The position numbers and the translations under genes were made by a program. From an uncultured Rhabdochlamydiaceae bacterium (GTDB lineage: Bacteria > Chlamydiota > Chlamydiia > Chlamydiales > Rhabdochlamydiaceae), in assembly GCA_963712275.1 (NCBI GenBank), contig CAVQHD010000001.1:672001-736000 (forward strand): a DNA stretch of 64,000 bases, read 5' to 3'. The notes below the pieces were generated by a model, which was not told where the DNA came from, did not search any database, and saw nothing but the letters and a program-made list of their open reading frames with translations. The number at the start of each line of letters is the position of its first letter. Within the stretch, counting starts at the first letter, position 1. Positions 58,598 to 64,000 of the stretch are shown one piece after another.

Positions 58598-58767
58598 TAT
58601 TTGAAACCTTTGCTCACTCGTGCTTATTTCCATTTCTTCACCACAGAGACACAGAGAGGGATGAGATTGCACAGAGGATTTTTTTCCTCTGTGCAATCTC
58701 ATCCCTCTCTGTGTCTCTGTGGTGAAGAAATGGAAATAAGTCTGAGTCGACAAAAGTTTTCAAAATA
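58598..58767. repeat. About 170-bp palindromic element D (same family as E)
   Basis: Perfect 56-bp inner arms at 58623-58678 and 58685-58740, a T6 loop, and decayed outer arms. Confidence 0.92.
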
Positions 58768-58774
58768 AAATTTT

Positions 58775-59980
58775 TTAGAGGGGATTGTCGGAGAGGGCGT
58801 CAACCCCTGGTAGATGCCCTGTTTCGAGGTATTTAAGAGAGGCTCCGCCGCCTGTCGAAAGGTGAGTAAACTTTTCTGTAAGTCCTAGTGCTTGAATGGC
58901 TGCAACAGAGTCTCCTCCTCCAATGATTGTGATGGCGTCTAGACCGGCTAAATATTTTGCCAGGGCTTCTGTCCCGCGGGCAAAAGGGGGGAATTCGAAG
59001 ACACCTAGGGGGCCGTTCCAAAAGAAGGTTGCTCCGTGAGATAGGGGCTTGCTCCAGGCTTGAATTGTCGTGGGGCCGACGTCCATGCCTATCCATCCTG
59101 GAGGGATTGAGCCGGGAAGGGTGATGGTTTTATAGGTGGCGTCGCTTCGAAATTGATCTGCAATGACAAGATCTAGAGGAAGATGAACATCGATTTTTTT
59201 ATCATGGCAAGCTTGAAGGAGGGAGCGGGCTTCATCTAATTGACCGATTTCGACATTCGAAGCGCCTGTCTCCATTCCTTGAGCCTTTAAGAAGGTCAGA
59301 GCCATGCCCCCTCCGATGAAAAAAGCATCGACTTGATTGAGGAGGGACCTGAGCATTCCCAGCTTGGAGGAGATTTTTGCCCCTCCGATGATGACAAAGA
59401 AGGGGTGCTTCGGATGTTCAAGAAGCGAGCTGAGAAAGCCGAGCTCTTTTTGCATTAGCAATCCCATCGCTGCGCGCCCTGGAAAATAATTTTCGATGAC
59501 AGCAGTTGAAGAGTGGGGGCGGTGGGCTGTCCCAAAAGCGTCATTGACATAATAGTCAATTCCTTTGGCAAGCTCTTTAGCAAAGTCGGGATCGAGAGAG
59601 GGGTTTTCTTCGGCAGGGTAAAAACGGAGGTTCTCAAGGAGAAGCACTTGCCCTCCTTTGAGTTCTTGAATCATTTGGTCGACCTCTTTGCCAACACAGT
59701 CAGGTGCAAAGAAGACAGGGGCCGCAATGAGCTGGGAAAGCCTTTTTGCGCAGATTCCAAGGGAGAGATGAACATCTTGCTTAGAGGTAGGGTTGCCAAG
59801 ATGACTCATCAAAATCAAAGCCGCGCCCGACTGCACGATATGCTGAATGGTGGGAAGCGACTCTCGGATCCGGGTATCGTCGGCAATCGAGCCATCTTTA
59901 TTCAGCGGCACATTGTAGTCGACCCGCATGAGAACTTTTTTTCCGGCAATGGGAAGATCTTGAATTGTTAGCTTAGTCAT
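58775..59980 (-). CDS. pgk: Phosphoglycerate kinase
   Basis: [35 protein letters not shown] and STGGGA motifs. Confidence 0.97.
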   Translation of the reverse strand: MTKLTIQDLPIAGKKVLMRVDYNVPLNKDGSIADDTRIRESLPTIQHIVQSGAALILMSHLGNPTSKQDVHLSLGICAKRLSQLIAAPVFFAPDCVGKEVDQMIQELKGGQVLLLENLRFYPAEENPSLDPDFAKELAKGIDYYVNDAFGTAHRPHSSTAVIENYFPGRAAMGLLMQKELGFLSSLLEHPKHPFFVIIGGAKISSKLGMLRSLLNQVDAFFIGGGMALTFLKAQGMETGASNVEIGQLDEARSLLQACHDKKIDVHLPLDLVIADQFRSDATYKTITLPGSIPPGWIGMDVGPTTIQAWSKPLSHGATFFWNGPLGVFEFPPFARGTEALAKYLAGLDAITIIGGGDSVAAIQALGLTEKFTHLSTGGGASLKYLETGHLPGVDALSDNPL

Positions 59981-60726
59981 AACTGCGAAAAGGGGTTTGC
60001 TGCTTGTTCAAATCGATTCCCTTGGCTTCTTTTTTGGAGTTCGACGCGAATCGAAAAGAGTAGGTCTTCATCAAAGTCCATCCGAAGAGACCGTTTAAGG
60101 TATTCATCGGGGATGGTATTAAACGGTTGTCCCTTATATTTCCCGAGAGGCCATTTTTTGAGAAGGATCGGTTTTTTAAGACGGGTTAAAATTTGATCGG
60201 TGGTTTTAAAATTTTGACTGAGGTACTTGAAAACGCGAATATTGACGGAGACATCGTTCATGGCCCGATGAGCCCCTTCAGCTTCAATATTAAAATGCTG
60301 CCGGAGCATTTCAAGGGAATTGGTGGGGCTTTCTCCATAGAGCCTAGCAAGTCTCAGTGTATTAATTGAAATGAGCGCATGAAAGGGGTGGGCAATATTG
60401 CACCTTGCTGCGGCTTCGGCAAGGAACGCAAGATCCATTTGAATTCCATGTCCAATGACAACATGAGAATCGATCATATCGATGATTTTAGAAAGGACGT
60501 CTTTGATTTTGGGTTTTCCAAGAACCATGTCTGTTGTAATGTGGTGGATAGCAATAGAAGCGTCTGAGATTGAGATTTCAGGGTCAATCAGGGTCTCAAA
60601 ACTTTCGAGAATTTCAGAAAATGTAAATTTTACAACCGCAATTTCAATAATGCGGTCGGTTTTGGGCTCGAGTCCTGTTGTTTCGCAATCAAGACAGATA
60701 AATGTGTCTTTATTAAGAAATCCCAT
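59977..60726 (-). CDS. DEDDh 3'-5' exonuclease (DnaQ-like) with a C-terminal GKYKG extension
   Basis: LDCETTG, GH...D and AHRAMND motifs. Confidence 0.88.
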   Translation of the reverse strand: MGFLNKDTFICLDCETTGLEPKTDRIIEIAVVKFTFSEILESFETLIDPEISISDASIAIHHITTDMVLGKPKIKDVLSKIIDMIDSHVVIGHGIQMDLAFLAEAAARCNIAHPFHALISINTLRLARLYGESPTNSLEMLRQHFNIEAEGAHRAMNDVSVNIRVFKYLSQNFKTTDQILTRLKKPILLKKWPLGKYKGQPFNTIPDEYLKRSLRMDFDEDLLFSIRVELQKRSQGNRFEQAANPFSQL

Positions 60727-61313
60727 TATTTTTTTAGTAGATGGTTAATTGTTGAGATGAGAGAGTCCCTCGATTTTCCATCTTTGATCGAGTAGCAAAG
60801 TGCAGGTATCGTCTGAGCCCGTTTTTTAACCGCTTCTCTTTCATGAGGTTTTAGTGTATCTGATTTTGTGAATATGAGTACAAGAGGTTTTTGGGCCTCA
60901 AGCGCCCAACGCATCATCTGAAGGTCATTCTCAGAAAATTCTCTTCGACTATCGACTAAAAGAAGAATGAGTTTTAAAGAAGTGCATTGATTGAAATAAT
61001 CGTCAATTTTCTCACTCCAGTGAAGCTGCTCTTCTTGAGAGCGTGCAGCATATCCATAGCCTGGAAGGTCAACCAAAATCAGCTGTTTATCGACCTTATA
61101 AAAATTTAGTGTGGTTGTTTTCCCTGGAGCAGAAGAGGTGCGGGCAAGGTTTTTATGACGAAGAAGATGATTGATCAGCGATGACTTCCCTACATTAGAT
61201 CTTCCTACAAGCGCAATTTCATCAAGTGGGATTTGGTTCTCATCTCGGAAGATATGATCGGGCTTTAACATTGAACCTAGGAACTCAGCTGTTTGAAATC
61301 GAATTCGTTTCAT
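60726..61313 (-). CDS. engB: Ribosome biogenesis GTPase YihA/YsxC
   Basis: GRSNVGKSSLIN, PGKT, DLPGYGY and TKSD motifs. Confidence 0.95.
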   Translation of the reverse strand: MKRIRFQTAEFLGSMLKPDHIFRDENQIPLDEIALVGRSNVGKSSLINHLLRHKNLARTSSAPGKTTTLNFYKVDKQLILVDLPGYGYAARSQEEQLHWSEKIDDYFNQCTSLKLILLLVDSRREFSENDLQMMRWALEAQKPLVLIFTKSDTLKPHEREAVKKRAQTIPALCYSIKDGKSRDSLISTINHLLKK

Positions 61314-61750
61314 GTATTCCTATAAATTTCGCAATGTCGAGCAAGATTGTCTTGGCAAAAAGAAATCTCTAAATAAGTGGTTGTTTTTGGAAGGCGCTGC
61401 TCGATCCGTTCAGCCCACTCCAGGCAACAGATGCCTCCTGCGTTTAAGTAGTCAGAAAACCCAGCTGCTTCAAACTGTTCATAGTGTTGCAAGCGGTAGA
61501 GATCAAAATGAAAGATGGGAAAGATTCCCTCATAGATTTGCAGATAGGTAAAGGTGGGGCTTTGAATGAGGCGTGGAGGGATCTGTGTTAAAAAAGAGAT
61601 AAATCCTTTTAAGAATGTTGTCTTCCCTGACCCCAAGTCTCCCTTTAAGGCAAGAGTAAGCGGGGAAACGAGGTGTTGAGCCATTTCTTCACCGAACTGA
61701 ACCATTTTTTCAGGTGAAGAGAGGGTTTGACTAGCTACCGTCACTCGCAT
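61310..61750 (-). CDS. tsaE: tRNA threonylcarbamoyladenosine biosynthesis ATPase
   Basis: GDLGSGKTT, SPTF, HFDLYRL and EWAE motifs. The start was chosen at ATG 61750. Confidence 0.93.
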   Translation of the reverse strand: MRVTVASQTLSSPEKMVQFGEEMAQHLVSPLTLALKGDLGSGKTTFLKGFISFLTQIPPRLIQSPTFTYLQIYEGIFPIFHFDLYRLQHYEQFEAAGFSDYLNAGGICCLEWAERIEQRLPKTTTYLEISFCQDNLARHCEIYRNT

Positions 61751-62465
61751 CTTCGAGCCATTGATCCAGGTAGGGAGCAAATTCTTCAATCTTTGAAGCA
61801 GCTTCAACAAATGAAGAGATTTGACTTTCCTCTAGGTGGGTTTGAATAAATTGAAGAAAGTGGTCTTCAATTTGAAACCGATTTTGATTAGGGACTTCTA
61901 CGAGATCTAAAGTTTTTAATTGATTTTTGATAAAATCGTCGACGACAGCCTGCTTTGAGTTGAAAAGCTTGCCAGTGACAACAGAAGAAAAGACGATTTT
62001 AGTGATAGGCTCTTTTCGTTTGCCAATATAGTTTTTGATAACTTCAGGATCTTCGGAAACCAAAAACCGCTTGACTCGAAGGCCTTCTTGCCGCTCTGTA
62101 TTCTCAGGACATTTTGAAACCCAATCATAAATGGCATCCTGGGGATTAGGATGTGTGTTATCGCCAAAGACCTTTCCTGTGAAGGGGCAAATATAGATTT
62201 TCTTGGTTTGATCGTTAACACTCGGCTGCCCCATCTGGATTTTAATGTCGGTCTCGCGCCAAAGCTTTCCTTCTTTTTCCAATTTTTGCACAAGAGCTTC
62301 TTGGCTTTGAAAGATCATTTTCTCTCTTAAAAAAAGAACAGGACGAATGTTAAATTTTTTCTCTAAAAAATAGAGATAAGTCGTAATTAAATCGGCTTTT
62401 TTATCTTTTTTTAAAAATTTAATTATCTCATCTCTTAGATGATTCGAAATGACTATATTCGACAT
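61731..62465 (-). CDS. Chlamydiae-conserved hypothetical protein (DUF2709-like)
   Basis: KIYICPFTGKVFGDNTHPNPQDAIYDWVSKCPEN motif; lies upstream of tsaE. Confidence 0.75.
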   Translation of the reverse strand: MSNIVISNHLRDEIIKFLKKDKKADLITTYLYFLEKKFNIRPVLFLREKMIFQSQEALVQKLEKEGKLWRETDIKIQMGQPSVNDQTKKIYICPFTGKVFGDNTHPNPQDAIYDWVSKCPENTERQEGLRVKRFLVSEDPEVIKNYIGKRKEPITKIVFSSVVTGKLFNSKQAVVDDFIKNQLKTLDLVEVPNQNRFQIEDHFLQFIQTHLEESQISSFVEAASKIEEFAPYLDQWLEDASDGS

Positions 62466-62537
62466 GAATATCCGCCTACTCAGGGTTAAGGTGGGCAGAA
62501 TATCCTAGTGGAGAATAATATTCAAGCTGGATAGAAG

Positions 62538-62707
62538 ATATTTGAAACTTTTGTTGGCTCAGGCTTATTTCCATTTCTTCACCACAGAGACACAGAGAGG
62601 GATGAGATTGCACAGAGGATTTTTTTCCTCTGTGCAATCTCATCCCTCTCTGTGCCTCTGTGGTGAAGAAATGGAAATAAGCCTGAGCCAACAAAAGTTT
62701 CAAATAT
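62538..62707. repeat. 170-bp palindromic element E
   Basis: 82-bp arms at 62538-62619 and 62626-62707 with one mismatch, a T6 loop, and TA just inside each end. Confidence 0.95.
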
Positions 62708-62795
62708 TTATTCCAGTTTTCTATGCCCTGAAGACGGCTGAAAAGAGTTGTTTTTACTTTGAACTCTATGGTACTATTCTTCGAAAAGGTTGACT

Positions 62796-63911
62796 ATGAA
62801 ACATCACACGTTAGATTCTCTTATCCTTAAACAGATCTCAGTTGCAGGGTATGAAAGGGTTATTGTTATCACTGATGAAAAGACAGCGCTTCAAGCAATT
62901 ATTTGCATTCATAATACAACTTTAGGACCAGCTCTTGGAGGAATCCGTATTCACCCCTATCCGAGTTTTGAGGCAGCGTTGACCGACGTTAAAAGACTTG
63001 CCCGTGGAATGACCTATAAGTCAGCTCTTGCAGAAGCTGGGCTTGGTGGAGGGAAAAGTGTCATTATCGCTCACCCTAAAAATAAAACGAAAGAGATGCT
63101 TGTGGCATTTGCAGAAGCCGTGCATCAGTTGGAAGGGGCTTACACATGTGCAGAAGATGCAGGATGCTCTCTTCAAGATGTCACGCTGATTGCTGAGAAG
63201 ACTCCCTATGTTGTGGGAATTGCACATGAGAGAAGTAGCGGAAATCCATCTCCTTTTACGGCTTGGGGAACGTTTCGTGGGATTCAAGCTGTTTTGAAAG
63301 TTATCGGCGGACAAACGTCTGTTGCAGGAAAAACAGTTGCGATTCAAGGGCTTGGAAGCGTTGGATCCCTTCTTGCAGAGATTTTATTTTGGCATGGAGC
63401 TCGCTTAATTGTCAGCGATATCGATTGGGAGAAAACTCAAAGAATTGCAAAAAAATGGGGCGCCACACCTTGTCCTGCCGATGATATTTTGGGTGTTGAG
63501 TGCGATGTACTAGCTCCTTGTGCAATGGGAGGGATTCTCAACCCGCAGACCATTTCTAGGCTTCAGTGCCGCGGGGTCGCAGGATGTGCAAATAATCAAC
63601 TGCTGAATGACCAGGACGCAGATCTATTAAAACAAAGAAATATTGTTTATGCGCCCGATTTTGTCATTAACGCGGGTGGGTTGATTAATGTGAGCGTCGA
63701 GCTTGAAGATGAGGGTTACAACCCTGTTAAAGCGCAAGCAAAAGTCGACGGTCTTTTTGAGCAGCTTCTTCGACTTTTTGAAATTGCCGAGCAAAAGCAA
63801 TGTTCAACGCATCAGGCAGCTCTTGCTCTAGGAGATTACCGAATCAAGTACGGAGTTGGAAAACGGCTCGCAGCGCCTCGCTACCACCACAAAGAAATCC
63901 GCTACCGATAG
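62796..63911 (+). CDS. ldh: Leucine dehydrogenase (Glu/Leu/Phe/Val dehydrogenase family)
   Basis: LGPALGGIR, MTYK, GGGKSVI, IQGLGSVG, APCA.G, ANNQL and PDFVINAGG motifs. Confidence 0.95.
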   Translation: MKHHTLDSLILKQISVAGYERVIVITDEKTALQAIICIHNTTLGPALGGIRIHPYPSFEAALTDVKRLARGMTYKSALAEAGLGGGKSVIIAHPKNKTKEMLVAFAEAVHQLEGAYTCAEDAGCSLQDVTLIAEKTPYVVGIAHERSSGNPSPFTAWGTFRGIQAVLKVIGGQTSVAGKTVAIQGLGSVGSLLAEILFWHGARLIVSDIDWEKTQRIAKKWGATPCPADDILGVECDVLAPCAMGGILNPQTISRLQCRGVAGCANNQLLNDQDADLLKQRNIVYAPDFVINAGGLINVSVELEDEGYNPVKAQAKVDGLFEQLLRLFEIAEQKQCSTHQAALALGDYRIKYGVGKRLAAPRYHHKEIRYR

Positions 63912-63918
63912 GGCGCAA

Positions 63919-64000
63919 TTGGAAAACCTTATTCATGTTCTTGAAGGCCAAGTGCGTGAAGTGCTGAAAAACATTGGATCGTCTTTGGCAGCAGCTGAAG
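63919..64000 (+). CDS. Possible N-terminus of the next gene (partial); could be arginyl-tRNA synthetase-like
   Basis: TTG-started frame MENLIHVLEGQVREVLKNIGSSLAAAE is open to the window edge. It is too short to identify, and its last 16 nt match the IS607 left junction. Confidence 0.3.
   Translation, partial: MENLIHVLEGQVREVLKNIGSSLAAAE

Noticed and set aside
58481..62793. Small ORFs 58481..58768, 58538..58753, 62476..62703 and 62542..62793 as real genes
   Set aside because: They are mirror-image frames produced by palindromes D and E, so they are recorded as a property of the repeat.

Overview
This window looks like chromosome from an environmental member of the Chlamydiae. The evidence is two NTT nucleotide transporters, a chlamydial-type long PBP2, a DUF2709-like protein, Inc-like proteins, and the rho-coaE-polA-sohB and dnaB-gidA-lplA backbone. 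Housekeeping blocks (rmlCDB, rpsB-tsf-pyrH-frr, 4 tRNAs, mnmG, dnaB, rho, polA, pgk, engB, tsaE, ldh) are interleaved with accessory DNA. The accessory DNA includes: (1) an IS607-family element (about 431-2436) with an internally deleted TnpA, an intact atypical TnpB and a predicted omega-RNA, whose left-end 16-mer recurs at the last 16 nt of the window; (2) candidate host-ubiquitin effectors, namely a membrane-anchored protein with two OTU-like domains that both carry Cys->Ser, and a 1256-aa protein with two F-box-like modules; (3) a LanM-like kinase/dehydratase fragment, a clan-CD protease-like protein, two Inc-like paralogues and two Gly-rich autotransporters; (4) two toxin-antitoxin pairs and an ATPase-nuclease at tRNA-Lys; (5) five long palindromic elements of 166-172 bp, from four sequence types, mostly TA-bounded, three of them at stop codons. 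All family assignments come from motif recognition by eye; no database search was run.
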